A stretch of 64,000 nt of DNA, from positions 94,674,001 to 94,738,000 of the forward strand of contig OX597821.1 of assembly GCA_951406725.2 (NCBI GenBank), given 5' to 3'. This stretch comes from Octopus vulgaris. Its lineage: Eukaryota. A model generated the notes under the pieces. That model ran no database searches. It was given only the letters and a program-made list of their open reading frames with translations, and had not been told where the DNA came from. The translations under genes were made by a program, and so were the position numbers. Position 1 is the first letter of the stretch, and each line of letters opens with the position of its first letter. This document shows positions 26,907 through 42,915 of this stretch, piece by piece.

Positions 26907-27462
26907 ATTAAGCATATTCGTATTAAAATGGAGCAAAATATATATAATGTTAATGAACGAGAATAAGCCAAATATTGCTTTTGTTGAATGTGATGAATGA
27001 TAAAGAAGTTTAAGAAGGAAAAGAACGAGTAGAATAAAAGAGAAGGAAAGAGAAAGCAAGAGTAAAAGGGGAAACTAAAAGAGATTAAAAGAAGAAACTA
27101 AAAGAGACATTCTATCTTAGCATTGTTCAGTGGGTTTGTTTTATTTTCACAAATACCTCAACACTGCGATGTCGTTGTGGCGTTTCGTTCTGAAACCTCA
27201 GTTCTTTCTCATGCTAAGAGAACATTTGCGGCGTGTGAAATTCTTTCTTTGGCTGCTGTGGTGGTTGGGGTAGAAAAATGAAAAAATGTTCCCTTGTCGT
27301 ATCGTCACCGACTAATATTGGCCTTGTGAAATACCGGCAGTAATTCTAGTTTAAAGCCAGCTGTCTTAGATCATAGTTGTGCAATGTCCCACCCACCCGC
27401 AAACTCCATTCCTTACTCACTTTCTCTTTCTCTCTCTCTCTCTGTCTCTCTTTCTCTCTCTC

Positions 27463-27501
<39 letters not shown>

Positions 27502-28053
27502 CGTGTGTGAAGAGAAATTCTATTTTTAATGCTGTTACGTGACCAGATGAAATGCATCATTGAACAAACCCTTTTTTAATCCAACATTCTCACACTCTTT
27601 GTCTAAGCAAATCTCCTCGGAGTTAAAACAATAATAGTGTTAGCAACGACAAAATCAACAATAATAATAATAATAAAAAAACAATAACAGTAATAATAAC
27701 AAGAATAAAATAATATTTCAACAAAATGCCACAATTACTACCACCACCGCCGCTGCCACCGCTAAAATGTCTGCCGACACCATCATGGCCGCTAAGAAAG
27801 CAACAGCAACGAAAAGAACATAAGCACATTGGCAGAAGGTGGCAGATTAGAATCGGAGCGAAAGAAACTTCCTAACAACCATTCAAATAAAAAGAAATTG
27901 TACACATAAATACATGTGTATGAGTGTGTGTATATATGTATGTGTGTGTGTGATAGAGAGAGAGAGAGAGAATATATATATATAGATGTATGTGTGTATT
28001 GCACATATATATATACACACACACATAAAAAAATATATATATATATGTATATA

Positions 28054-28104
<51 letters not shown>

Positions 28105-28140
28105 GGAGTTAAAGGTAATGTTATGCTACTTCGAAATAAT

Positions 28141-28213
<73 letters not shown>

Positions 28214-28566
28214 GTATCGAAAAGGAGAAAGAATGAGTGACAGAACTAGGGACACTTACTCAAAATAGGCAATTTTACATATACACAATAACTCGCGAGC
28301 AAATGCTCACAAATATAATCTAAGCATTGGATAGCTCACTGGCTATGCTCTCCCCCCTACAACTAACGAATAAAAACATACTATTTCATACAAAAAGACA
28401 ACCATTCTCGCATATACACATGCACGTACTTAAATAGATGTATACATTGACACAAACATACATGCATTCCTATTTGTGTGCAAAGAAACACATATATTAA
28501 ATTCCCATATTTGTGAAAATACCATGGAAAGTATTGAATACATATATACATACACACACACACACG

Positions 28567-28614
<48 letters not shown>

Positions 28615-28737
28615 ATATATATATATATATATCATATGGCCATATATATATAAATACCATATAAATAAGGATAATAATATTATCAACTAAAAATAGAATA
28701 AATATATATATATAGGTATATATATATATATATATGC

Positions 28738-28768
<31 letters not shown>

Positions 28769-28862
28769 ATATTATATACATGTATGTATGTACATACATA
28801 CGTACATACATATATATGAAAGCATGTATGTATTTAAGTATGCACAAGTTTATATGCAGAAG

Positions 28863-28900
<38 letters not shown>

Positions 28901-28921
28901 AAGGAGTATTGAATATATATA

Positions 28922-28957
<36 letters not shown>

Positions 28958-30003
28958 TGTATGTATGTATGTATGTATGTATGTGCATGTACGTACTTAG
29001 GTATGCATGTGTATATATAAGAGAGAGGGGTGCTGAGAATGATTTCCATGTTGTTTTGAAGAAATAGTTGGAAGAAGGAAAAGAAGTTCTGAGGTTTTTA
29101 GCGAGACATGTAACAACACGACGTTAAAAAATACTTCTCATTTTGAAGTTGATTTCAAACTAAGATGGCGTTGGCACGGCTGTCTTTCTGAACAAACAAA
29201 GAGAGAAATTTTCTAAATATAGAAGGAATTGAGAAACAAGAAAACTCTCTCTCTCTCTCTCTCTCATACGCAAATATATACACACACGGCAAAAAGAAAG
29301 AAACAAAGAAACAAAGAAAAGCGCCAAATTTGTGACCAGAATTATTCCGAGCATTTGTTATTCTATTTTTAGGAATTTTGGAATTCAAATGATAAGATAA
29401 AAGAGGGGAAAACATTACGGGAAGTCGTAAATAGACACTGGACACTTGACTAATGGACTATGGGAAAATTATCTCGTGAAATCCGATGCTTGAATGAAGC
29501 AGTTTCGCAGAAAGAGATTGAGATAGATGGAGATGAAGAGAAAGTGAGACCATTCTTAAGAGTTTGTTTTTAAAGCAAACAACCGTTTTATAATGGATTC
29601 TAGTAACTTGACATAAAATCTCGATATTTAAATGAAATGTGGGTGTAAGGAAAAGGAAGAGAAGGTGGATAGGAGTTTGTCACATTTATAGCATTTCTTA
29701 TTATTTCTCTTGATTTAATGCGGTGGTGGAGAAAGCTGTAAAGTGTCGGGTAAAATAATGTTAACTCTGTGTTCAAATCACTGCTCTGTTGACATTGGCT
29801 TGCATCCCCTGGGGATCGATAAACTAAGTTATATGCTGGAGTTAGCTTAGTTGGCTATGCCATCTTTAAAGGGAAAATAAACTGAGCGCATGAAAAATAT
29901 ATAATGTATATATGATATGATATATATATATATATATATATAAATCATATATATATACATATATATATATTTATATACACTCCCCTCCCCCATATATATA
30001 TAT

Positions 30004-30112
<109 letters not shown>

Positions 30113-30229
30113 GGCTTTATTTGTCCAAACATTAGAGTATTTTCTGTATTCAATATACGATGAAAGCTTATAATTCTATTTATAATTTCAATCGCAACCG
30201 TTTCTTAATCCATGCAGAATTCGCACATG

Positions 30230-30566
30230 TTTACACACACACACACACACTCATACACATACACGCATGCATGCATACATACATTTCATACATACATACA
30301 AACATACATACATGCATACATAATACATACATACATACATAAATACATACATACATACATACATACATACATACACACCTGCATACATACATACATACAT
30401 ACATAAATACATACATAAATACATACATACATACATGCATACATAAACATACATACATACATACATACATGCATGCATGCATACATACATACATACATAC
30501 ATACATACATACATACATACATACATACATACATACATACATACATACATACATACATACATACAT
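30230..30566. repeat. (ACAT)n microsatellite
   Basis: Read directly. Confidence 0.95.
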
Positions 30567-30926
30567 GGAAAGAGTGTTCCCATAAAATATATACACACAT
30601 TGAAGTCAGTGTTTATTAAAATGTAGTTCACTTTCAAAATTTAGTGGAATCTACCGACAGAATTTAATTTTGCTATGAATTCCTTTTTTCGAACTACTGA
30701 CCGTTCTGGTCCAGGTATGCCTACGAACATAGAGCAATGGGATCGGAAATACCGAAATCATCTCGTTCTGCATTTGTGCACATTCTCATTCAACGGCTGC
30801 GCTCCATAGGTCGACTGTTGCTAGTTTCGTAACGTAAGGTTTATCTTTTAGCTATCTCCAAAAACAAAAATAAGAGGGAATCCTACTGAACCTGTTTGTC
30901 AACATCTCATCAAGATAGATCCTAAC

Positions 30927-31190
30927 TTAACTACGGTAGTGTGTTGGTGCATCATCCTGTTGGAAATAAAACTTCACGACGCAAAGTTCTCTTGGATGCT
31001 TGGCATGACAGGATGGCGCAGCAAGTTCAAGTAAATGGGACCAATGACAGTATGGGAAAATAAAATATCCCGTTAATCCTTTAGGTGATAAACCGCACCA
31101 TTCTGTAATTACAGGCGAATTCACGTTTAGATTGCAAGGTTTCCAGTAATTGTAATTGTGGTGGTTAACTGAGCCATTTAATTTAAATGT
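30927..31190 (-). pseudogene. Tc1/mariner-superfamily transposase catalytic-domain relic
   Basis: [15 protein letters not shown]...[11 protein letters not shown]...[12 protein letters not shown] (QQDGAPxH-type motif). Confidence 0.75.
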
Positions 31191-31191
31191 A

Positions 31192-31267
31192 CGAGGGGGT
31201 ACTGAAAAGTTCATGGTTTTGGATAAAAGTAAACACAGGGGATCAGTTAATTGTGATTTTGTTCAAC
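31192..31267 (-). mobile_element. Mariner MITE end
   Basis: ta-cgagggggtactgaaaagttc TIR; reverse complement of the 2480-2557 end. Confidence 0.7.
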
Positions 31268-31682
31268 GAGTGGCTGTGTGGTAAGTAGCTTGTTTACCAA
31301 CCACATGGTTCCGGGTTCAGTCCCACTGCGTGGCACCTTGGGCAAGTGTCTTCTACTATAGCCTCGGGCCGAACAAAGCCTTGTGAGTGGATTTGGTAGA
31401 CGGAAACTGAAAGAAGCCCGTAGTATATATGTATATATATATGCATGTATGTGTGTGTATGTGTTTGTGTGTCGGTATTTGTCCCCCTAGCATTGCTTGA
31501 CAACCGATGCTGGTGTGTTTACGTCCCCGTTACTTAGCGGTTCGGCAAAAGAGACCGATACAATAAGTACTGGGCTTACAAAATAATAAGTCCCGGGGTC
31601 GAGTTGCTCGACTAAAGGCGGTGCTCCAGCATGGCCGCAGTCAAATGACTGAAACAAGTAAAGGAGTAAAGAGTAAAGAGTA
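31268..31682 (+). mobile_element. SINE family B
   Basis: Matches family B with a gagtaaa tail. Confidence 0.92.
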
Positions 31683-31689
31683 TTTCCAT

Positions 31690-32525
31690 TGGGAGGAAAT
31701 AAAATCTAACCTTCTTCTAGTGTTGCATCTTCTGGTATTGCAGCTACCCTCCTCAATGGCGGAAGAACTGCTCATTCCATGTTCAAGCTTCCTCTAAACC
31801 TTGCAATGAAAGAATCTCGAATGTGCAACATGTCCCAAATCTCTGCAATGGCAACAGTTCTCCAACAAACTTGCCTCATTGTTTTGGGATGAGTGTGCTG
31901 TCACATCGTGGAGCTCCAGAGGTACCTGACCGTACTCTCCAAGACATAAAAAATTGTAGCACGCTCGTGGAAGGAGTAACAGTTCTTCTTGCAAATCTTC
32001 ATCAAACATTGCCAGTTATCCCCAAAGGATCAAAAACTGATGAGGTCAATGCATGCTTCAAATAATCGTATCTTTGGAGATATGCGAAAGAACTTCATCT
32101 TACAAGCAACATCAGAGTACCTCTACAAGGCGATTCTACGGGCTTCTTAAGATTGGTAATAGAATATTAACATTCAACTCAAGACTTCAGCTACATGAAA
32201 TTGCATGCGGTCAAATGATACTTTCTCTTAGGGATTTTATGGATAAGGTATTTCTTAATTTATCTGTCAATTACACTGATGTAAACTGTCAATGTGAAAG
32301 AGTTATACTAGCTCCAACAAATGAAATGATTGATAAACACAATCGTGAATTTCTTCAAAAGTTAACAAATACATCAGAAATGACTTTTCGATCAACAGAC
32401 AACAGTCGATCAACATCAGGTTGTTCAATGCCCTGTTGAATTTCTGAACACACTTAAACTGATTGGGGTGCCCCTGTATAACTTGACTGGGTGTCCCTAA
32501 TATGTTGCTTAGGAATCTTGGCCCA
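31690..32525 (+). pseudogene. Helitron PIF1-like helicase fragment, frameshifted
   Basis: VASSGIAATLLNGGRTAHSMFKLPLNL, WDEC, DRTLQDI, QTLPVIPKGSKTDEVNACFK, ERVILAPTN and MLLRNL motifs. Confidence 0.9.
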
Positions 32526-32611
32526 TTTCACCTGAGGTGTCTGCTATCACTTTGCAGACATTGTAACAAACAACAAACTTGATTGCCTGCTATAAGTATG
32601 TATCTTTCATA

Positions 32612-32859
32612 TTTTACTTCAGTCATTGGAATGCGGCCACGCTGGGGACTGTCTTGAAAGGTTTGTCCGAACAAGCCGATCCCTCTACCGATATTTTTGA
32701 GTCAGAAGTCTCATGCCGAACTGCCAATTTAAGGGGCAAATAAACAAGCCAACCCCAGTCGTTAAGTTGTTGGGGGATCAAACGCAATTGCAAAGACATA
32801 CTTACACATGCACACACACACATACACACACATGCACACACACACATACATACATACAT

Positions 32860-32911
<52 letters not shown>

Positions 32912-33050
32912 TATACATCGGTTGTCAAGTGATGGGTGGAGGGACAAACACAGACACACACGTCTACCAAATCCACTCACAAGGCTCTGGTCGGCCTAAG
33001 GCTATAGTAGAAGACACTTGCCCAAGGTAGCACACAGCCATTTCTGCGCC

Positions 33051-33051
<1 letters not shown>
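32612..33051 (-). mobile_element. Diverged/partial SINE family B
   Basis: Tail and head segments match family B. Confidence 0.7.
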
Positions 33052-33108
<57 letters not shown>

Positions 33109-33289
33109 CGAAACTCTCGAGTTCGGGTTACTCACTGTAATACAACATTATTGATAAACTATTCACTGAGCTTTGAAATCTGGTTTGGACAATAAAAAAT
33201 TCGGACAAATTGTTGTTCGGATCACCGAGATTTGAGTGTAGGAGGTTTATAGAATATTTCGTTGTGTGCGTGTGTATGTGTGTGTGTGT

Positions 33290-33327
<38 letters not shown>

Positions 33328-33947
33328 TTCTGTAACTTACAGTATATAAAATGTCTAACTTCTGTAGATAGACAAGCGTCATACGAGTGAGTCTAGTCAC
33401 GTCATCAATGAAAATCATTCTAAAGAAAGACCTATATCGCTTTTCTCTCCACCACCACTCTTTTCTCCCCTCCCCCTCTCCCTGCTTGACCCACCTCCAC
33501 TCCCACCCTCGCTCGCTCTCGCATCCCGTTTGATATACAGGTTTGTGTATCAATAACAACACAATCCCGTACAATACAATGCCAGCAACACAGCCGTAGA
33601 TTCATAAGCATTGCATCCCAGCATCTCATAAGCATCTCTTTATGCAAGCGTGTTTGCGCGCGCGCGTACGTATGCGTGTCGATCTGTGAATGTCTTTAAC
33701 GCGTACTACATTAATACAATGTACACTCACCCGTATTTCCATTCACACTGTTGGTGTTTATTATGTTCTCCAATTTGATAGAGATGCTGCTGTTTTGAGT
33801 GCCTGGGTGTTTATACATTCATGTATGTAAAATATGCATATATGTATGTATATAGATGTGGATTGGGTTTATATATATATATATATATATATATGCGTGT
33901 GTGTGTGTATGTATGTATGCATGTATGTATGTATATAGATGTGAATT

Positions 33948-33993
<46 letters not shown>

Positions 33994-35636
33994 ATATATG
34001 CGTGTGTGTGTGTGTGTGTGTCTGTCTGTGTGTATGTATGTATATGTATATATATATAAATGTGTATGTAAGTATTTATGTATATAAATATACGTGTGTG
34101 TGTAAGTGTACATGTGTGTGCATATATGTGTATGTGTGTATGCGTCCGTGTGTGTGTGAGTGTATGTGTGTGGGTGTGAGTGTATGCGTGTGTGTGTGCG
34201 TGTGTGTGCGCGCGAGCGCGGGCCTCTAGAAGATCCAACTTCGCCATTATTTCACTATACAACCGCTGACTGGAATGTGGCAATACAGAAAAAAATTAGA
34301 ATATAAATATAAAAAAAAGAAACTCTATATAATACAAAACATATGTCTTAACATAAAAAAAATCTATTTGACATTGTGGCGCGGGTGTATATGAGTATAT
34401 ATATATATATATAAATATATATATATATAAATATATATATGTATATATATATATATATATATATACACGTGCGTGTGTGTGTGCGTGTGAACGTGTGCTT
34501 GCATGCTTGTGTGTGTGGTGTGTCGGTGGGAGGGAGATTACTATGTATGTGTATATGTGTCTATGCGTGTGTGTATGTGTGTGTGTGCGCGCGCGTGTGT
34601 GTGTGAGACAAATGATGGACGGAATATTTGGCATTTTTTAGTGTTCATCAGGAGGAAATGAAGCGATAGAGGAGAGAGTCTGTGTGAAGAGAGAGAGACA
34701 GAGAGAGAGACAGAGAGAGACAGGAATAGAGGGGAGGGCGGGAAATAGAAGAGAGAAGAAACGAGACAAAGAAAAACGACAGAGAGAGAGACAGAGGAGA
34801 GAGTGGGAGTGGGACAGAAAGAGAGAGAGAGACGGCAATAGAGAGATACAAAGAAGGCAACACATATAAACAGAGAAAGATGCATGCACACACACACACA
34901 CACACTCAGAGAAAGATGGAGTAAGAAAAAGATAGAAAGAAACAGAGATAAAGAGAAAGAGACAGACAGGCAGATGGACACAGAAAGAAAGAGATGTATG
35001 TAGTGAGAGATGAAAGAGAAAAAAGGGTCAAAAATTAAGAGACGAGAGAGAAAGACCAATGAATATTTAAAGACAAAAATACGAGAGAGAGAGAGAGAGA
35101 GAGATACTTATAGAGAGGGATATAATTAATGCGTTAGTTTGTACGATAGATAAATATTGTGAATATGTCAATGATAGAGCGAGACTATAAATTGTGAAAG
35201 AAAAGGGAAGATATATCAAAGCAGTTTGGAGAGAAATTAATTGACTTGCAGAGATACACTGATAGATATCGTTCGATCGCAATTGGGAATTACACAAACG
35301 TGCGCTCACACACACAACCACACATACACACACACAAAGAGAGAGAGAGAAAGGGGGAGAGACGACATGGTGAAATTTTATCTTGATCTATATGCCTTAA
35401 TGAGGCAGTTGTTTCAGATTAGGATATAGATAGAAACATGTAACCTTTCCCTGTCCAAACACTAATTAAAAAGGTCAGCTCGGCGCCAAACAGAAAACCT
35501 GACAGTGTGTCTGTGTGTCCGTGTGTCCGTGTGTGTGTGTGTGTATGAAGGAGAAGGAGATAGAGAGAAAGAGAAAGAGAGGAAAGAGAGAGAGAGACTA
35601 GATGATTACACAGAAACATGCGAGCGCACGGTTATA

Positions 35637-36126
<490 letters not shown>

Positions 36127-36137
36127 CTCTCTCTCTG

Positions 36138-36172
<35 letters not shown>

Positions 36173-36219
36173 GCTCTCATCTAATCACGAATATACGTGT
36201 ATGTGTAGATCGAGATAGG

Positions 36220-36278
<59 letters not shown>

Positions 36279-36369
36279 ATAGTTAATAGATTCAGATGAA
36301 TATGGTACTTATTTGAGGCACCAGAATTTAGTTCGGTATAATCCATACAATTTCAAACTAAGGTGATTA

Positions 36370-36702
36370 AAATCAAAATAAGCAACAAGGATATCCAGAG
36401 GTAATGTTGTATGATCTTTTCATGCAACTCCATGTAATTGAACAATCCTCAGCTGCACAAGGACAGAATTTAATTAAATTATAACAGATGGACACATTAG
36501 CATAATTATACATAAAATATTTTAGGTATAATTATACTCATGCCTTCATCTGTTTTAATTTAATTAAATTCTACGTCATTGTGCAGCTGAGGATTGCTCT
36601 GCATTTAAATTGATGTAATGGTTGCGTTGTTCATTTAAATGGAGTTGCATGAAACGATCGCACTGCATTGCCTCTGGATATCCTTGTTGCTTATTTTGAT
36701 TT
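36370..36702. repeat. Imperfect long inverted repeat (foldback) ending in (TA)n
   Basis: aaatcaaaataagcaacaaggatatccagagg... pairs with ...cctctggatatccttgttgcttattttgattt. Confidence 0.8.
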
Positions 36703-37656
36703 ATATATATATAATATATATACTTGCACAAATATACTAATGTAAAAACACTCGCACGTATATAGACATGAGTGTGTATGAGTGTGAATGCTTGTGCGTG
36801 TCCGAACACGTAATCTGGAGTAGTATCAATTGAGTTCCGATCCGCGTAGTAAAATTATATGCTAGTAAGTAATATTCAGGTAAGAGATCTGATACAATAT
36901 CAATACAGTAAAATGTTGAAATGTTGACAATGTGTAAAGTTAATGTACTGGTAGCCCTACCGAAAGAGAAAGGAAAATAAGGCAACGATTCGGGCAGTGG
37001 CTCTTCACCAAGTACTCTTCAACATTTCTACCTCGTTGAGTTTCATCAGTAGCAATTATTCACTAGAAATTGCCCGCCAACAAAAATTTCACTGGCACCG
37101 ATTTTGTAAAACAGTAATTGAAAAATTATCAATGTTGTAACTAGCTGGTCGGTTGGACCAAAGTTTTTCATGTGCATAGAATCAGTATTAGCTTAAAGCA
37201 GCAAATCGTGCATGAAACTTGCATCAAGATGCATTATAAAAAAGCCTAATCTACTTCGTTATTCGTCACGAGACAGTATTACTTATGGACGTGCAATATT
37301 TAAAAAAAATGCGAAAATATATCATTAGGAAACGAATTTTTGTGCAGTCAGCTAATTGCAACACTGGTGATTTTCAATCAGTGAGGGCGGATTTTATCTG
37401 GTGGCTACTATTGTATACTTGCGACTGACGAAGTCCACTCAGAAGAAATGCGCAATTAGAGATCCTATCATTGCTGCTAAACGATTTTCGTCTGCTACTA
37501 ATATAATTTTGTATCTTATATAACACTGTACATCTATAGGAGATACGGTCTCAGGACAAATACTGCTCGTGTTGCATCTTGTTCGAGTGTGATGCACGGA
37601 TGACTCTCTCTGCTCTCTCTATTGGTATATCGGTCCTTCTGACTCCCCCTCTCTAT

Positions 37657-37698
<42 letters not shown>

Positions 37699-38523
37699 AC
37701 GTTTTGAATGTACAAATAAAGCTCCTATTCTATTATGCTGGCCATAGTCTAATGACGCTGACTAGTGAACTAGTTTTTCGGGGTTACAATCTCGAACTGT
37801 GCCTATATAATCTAGAATGCATATAATAATAACAATAATCCTGGGATGGAATTTGTAAACATTTAATGCATCGCTACACACGTTTCCACAAACCACACGT
37901 TTCTGGGATGATTACAGATTGGCATGAAATGTGCTAAGTGATGCATTAAATGTTTCTAAATTCCGTCCAATGATTATTGTTATTATTATTATATTTCGCC
38001 TACATTATATCGGCACAGTTCGATGCAACCCCGGAAAACTAGTTCACCAGTCAGCAATAGACTGTGACAGGCATAATAGAATAGGAGTTTTATTTGCATG
38101 TTCAAAATGTTTCCCGATAAAGAAATTTAAAAGATATATATATATCAAGAGGATGTGTTATAATACTATTTCACAGCCATACCAACAATCCGATTATACT
38201 AATCCACATATACAAAACCATACCAACGATCCAACATACCTTCATCATCAGCTGCCTCACGGATGTCATTATGGTTTCGACACCTGGGCAGTACCATTCA
38301 ACACGGCGGTGACAACAGCACTAAAATAAGCGTTGTTTGGAAACAGACAAACCAAAGAAACCACAACTTTCAAAAACATTTATCCAAATGTACAACCCTA
38401 TCGATAAATAAATTCCATAAGTAAATTACAACCCCCTCCTAAATACGTAACTAAACAGCGACAATTCTATAAGTCATGCAAAATTATAATCCGTGCCGTC
38501 TTCTGTAGTGTAATATAAAAGTA

Positions 38524-38725
38524 GTGAAGGCGCGTGGCTTAGTGGTTAGGGCATTCGACTTACGATCGTAAGGTCGTGTGTTCGATTCTCAGCGATGCGT
38601 TGTGTCCTTGAGCAAGGCACTTTATTTCACGTTGCTCCAGTCCACTCATCTGGCAAAAATGAATAGTATCTGTATTTCAAAGGGCCAGACTTTTCACACC
38701 CGGTGTCCACCCGGTGTCACGCTTC
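38524..38725 (+). mobile_element. tRNA-derived SINE, partial, same type as 55203-55530
   Basis: gcgtggcttagtggttagg A box, gttcgattc B box, tgtgtccttgagcaaggcacttt. Confidence 0.75.
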
Positions 38726-39777
38726 ACTGCATGCACAATCCTGGGTAAAGTTTTAAATGAGGAAGATGACCAGTTCTCCATGCATGTAAATGCAACGAGT
38801 ATTTTTTTTCCTGGTCACTGATGTTGTCCAAAGAAAAGCCTGCTATTTTCAGGCTGATACAGCTTGGCAAATATGCCATCGCATGCGTTTCTGCCAGAAG
38901 GTAGAGAACGGAACATATATATATATATATATATAGCAAAGGATCTCGTTCGACGTTTCATCAATTTTGCTATTCCACGCACTAAGACCAACTCCGATAG
39001 GATGAACAGTAAAGCTGACCTCGGTGGGACTTGAATTCAGTGCACAAGGGTAGGAACAAATACCACGAGGTATCGTGGAAGGAGCTATGAATATAGTAGA
39101 ACATATTTTATCGAAATTCGTTTGAAGCCTTCACACACGCACATGTATGCACACATACGCGCAGCTGTGCATACACCCATGCGCATGCGCATACACATAC
39201 ATTCACTTACACTCACACACACACACACACATGCACGCACACACACGCGCACACAGCTTCGCATTTGGCATTTGTTCAAACAACAACTCTACCTGAAAAA
39301 TCAGCTGTACCCTTCCCTCACGACACATGAACTTTAAATATTTTATTCACAGTAAATTGTTCATCCAGTCAGCCTGATCAAAAGCAGTTCCAGCCGTGGC
39401 CATCACGAATTTTCATTTTAGCCCTCATGTATCTACAGCTACATTATCCAATCTATTATTCTTCCGTTGTTTTCAAGACAGTAGTGTGTTGTTGTATAAG
39501 GGAGATTTGACTGCTATTTCTTGCCGCCGGCCCAGGAATAACTGTGTGGCTTCCTCCTTAGTTCGTTTTTATGTGTGTTTGTTTTTTCTTCGGCGTAAAT
39601 CATTGCTCGTTTCTCCAGACTATTGTTTTTCCATCATTGAATGAAATAGTTCTGCAGAGAGAAAGAAGGCCGAGATCGGATGACACGCTGAAAAACAGCT
39701 ACGAAAAAAATAAAATAAAATAAAGGCTGGTGGGGAGCAAAAACTATGTTAAATAAATAGTTAATAAGTAATCACTT

Positions 39778-40358
<581 letters not shown>

Positions 40359-40629
40359 CAAGATAAACACAAGCTTCTAGAAACGTCTACCAACACACAT
40401 ACATTACATACATTACAGATACGCCACATTTGCGCATATCGTTAACGTTGTTCTAAGTATGGAAGAATAAAGTTGCCATAAATACAGGAACAGACTCTAC
40501 TGGATATTAGATTTAGTTCCATTTCTTTTCACAGGCTTAGTATAGGTGCAAGCATAGCTGTGTGGTAAAGATTTTCGCTTTACAATGACGTGATTTCATG
40601 TTCAGTCCCACTGCACAGTATTTTGGTCA

Positions 40630-41118
40630 AGGACTTCATCGGGTTATTTGTCCTGGATAAGGAAGAACACGTGCCCCCATACCTCGATCCTATATAGGGA
40701 CAAGAGGCTGGCTTTCTAAAGCCATATTAACGGCCATGTCGTTCAAGAAGGGTCCGATAAAGGTTTTCAAAGAATTCAGCTTGTCATTAACAGTCATACC
40801 AATTTGGCAAACGTTGACTTCTTGGACCTAACCCTAAAATCTATAGTTGGAGAAGTACTACTCTTACAGTAAACCCAACAAGGAAACTGTGTATATCCAC
40901 AGAAGTTCCAGACACCCTCAGCTATAATTAGAAACATAGTCACAGTCATAAGCAGAAGAATCTCTAAGCTAGCAGTAGAGAGAGAGATCTTCAACAGGGA
41001 CGCCGCCATTATAACGAAGCATTTGCGAGGAGTGGATTCACTAAGAGGTTAGTATATATGGAGGAAACGCCACGTGGAACCCGAAGAGAATTAGAAGGAG
41101 AAAGATAACCTGGTTCTG
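40630..41118 (+). pseudogene. Penelope-like element reverse transcriptase C-terminal fragment, frameshifted
   Basis: LYRD, NVDFLDLTL, KPNKETVYIHRSS.HP, IIRNIVTVISRRISKL, YNEAFARSGF and RRRKITWF motifs. Confidence 0.8.
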
Positions 41119-41347
41119 TTATTAAATATATGATGCAATTCCATTTCTTTAAACAAGCTTGGCATAGACGCAAGGTAGTGTGGTAAAGAAGTTCGCTTTA
41201 CAATCTTGTGATTCCGTCCCATTTTGGGTCTATTCTACTATAGCCCCGGGCTGACCAATGCTTTATGAGTGAATGTGGCAGGCGAAAACTGTGTGCGTGT
41301 GTCGTGGTGTGTGTGTGTCTGCATTTGTTCCTCTCCCACCAATTGTT

Positions 41348-41553
41348 CACGCCAGGCGAAATGCGTAGCCGTATTTCGTCTGCCGTTACGTTCTGAGTTC
41401 AAATTCTGCCGAGGTCGACTTTGCCCTTCATCCTTTCGGGGTCGATTGAATAAGTACCAGTTACACACTGGGGTCGATATAACCGACTTAATCCGTTTGT
41501 CTGTCCTTGTTTGTCCCTTATGTGTTTAGCCCCTTGTGGGTAGTAAAGAAATA
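41348..41553 (+). mobile_element. 5'-truncated SINE family C inside an old family B copy (~41165-41712)
   Basis: Matches family C up to gtagtaaagaaata; B-like sequence on both sides. Confidence 0.85.
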
Positions 41554-42122
41554 GGTTTAAGTCTACTTAACTTTGCGATTCAGCAAAAGATACCTTTAGA
41601 ATAAGAATAGAACTTTAAATGTTATGTACTGGTATCGATTTGTTCGTCTAAAAACCCTGCAAGGTGGCGCTCCAGCATGTCTGTAGTCTAATGACTGAAA
41701 CAAATAAAAGATGAGATTGATGATCTACAGTTTCAACGAATAATGTGCTCTAGTTTGCATTTTTATTTTCGCGAACCTGCAATTTTTGTGTCCTATTTCA
41801 CATTGACGTCATCATAGTTCCACCTAATTTAATTTATTTGAATTTTTTATCGAATATTTTTTCTGATAAATGTCAGTGCTTCACTTTCTGTTTTTTTTTT
41901 TTTTTATTTTGGTATTTTCATAACTTCGGATTTGTATTCGGAAGCATATGCGTCAACTATCTGTTCTATCCAAATAAAGATTCACGTGTTCTACAAAACT
42001 TTTTAAAAGGTAATTTATTCTAAATTTAAACTATTTAAATTGGAGGCGCCATATGACAGAATATTTTGACATTATCTTTATGCGTTTTTCTGTCTGTCTC
42101 TGCCTATTTATCTGTCTGTCTG

Positions 42123-42173
<51 letters not shown>

Positions 42174-42432
42174 GTTTCTCTCTCTCCCCTGTGTCTCTCT
42201 CATTCTCTCTTGCTCTCTTCCCTGCGGATTCACCTATTAGACTACATGTATTCTAGGACACCTCTTTCAAGGATTTTATGCATTCTATAGACCAGTACTT
42301 ATTTGTAATATCTATTTATTTTAGTAAAGCATAAGGGCGCTGCTTAAATAACACTAGCTTTAAACCAGTATTAGACAGAAGTACACATACACGCACACAC
42401 TTTCTTATATATATATATATATATACACACAT

Positions 42433-42491
<59 letters not shown>

Positions 42492-42915
42492 GTCCACTGA
42501 TGAGATCTAGAGATCCTCAGTATAGAAGACACTTAAGAGATTCAAACTTTGATGTCTTTACAGGGGATCAATTCCACAAGGTAAAAAAAAAGGGATCGAA
42601 TTGAACAGATATAGTGGCCAATATGCGGATAACCAAATAAAGCACATCAAATATTAAATACATCAAATACAAAATATGTATATATGTATACATGCAAATC
42701 GGGAGAAACTAAAAGGTGGAAACTTTCAGATGATGAATTTTCAAGTATAAACATATAGATATTTATATTTATAGGTCCAAATTACACAGAGTACAAATGA
42801 CAGAAAATTAAAGGAGTGGAATTTTCTCTCTCGTTTTGCATCTATACATATACACTTATTTTGTATTTGATACATTTAATATATGTAATAAATTTCATGT
42901 GTCTAATTTGTTTAT

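Noticed and set aside
42490-42620. Hammerhead starting at ccaCTGATGAgatc
   Set aside because: It needs a ~100-nt stem II, has GAAT instead of GAAA, and shows no convincing stem III or cleavage triplet.
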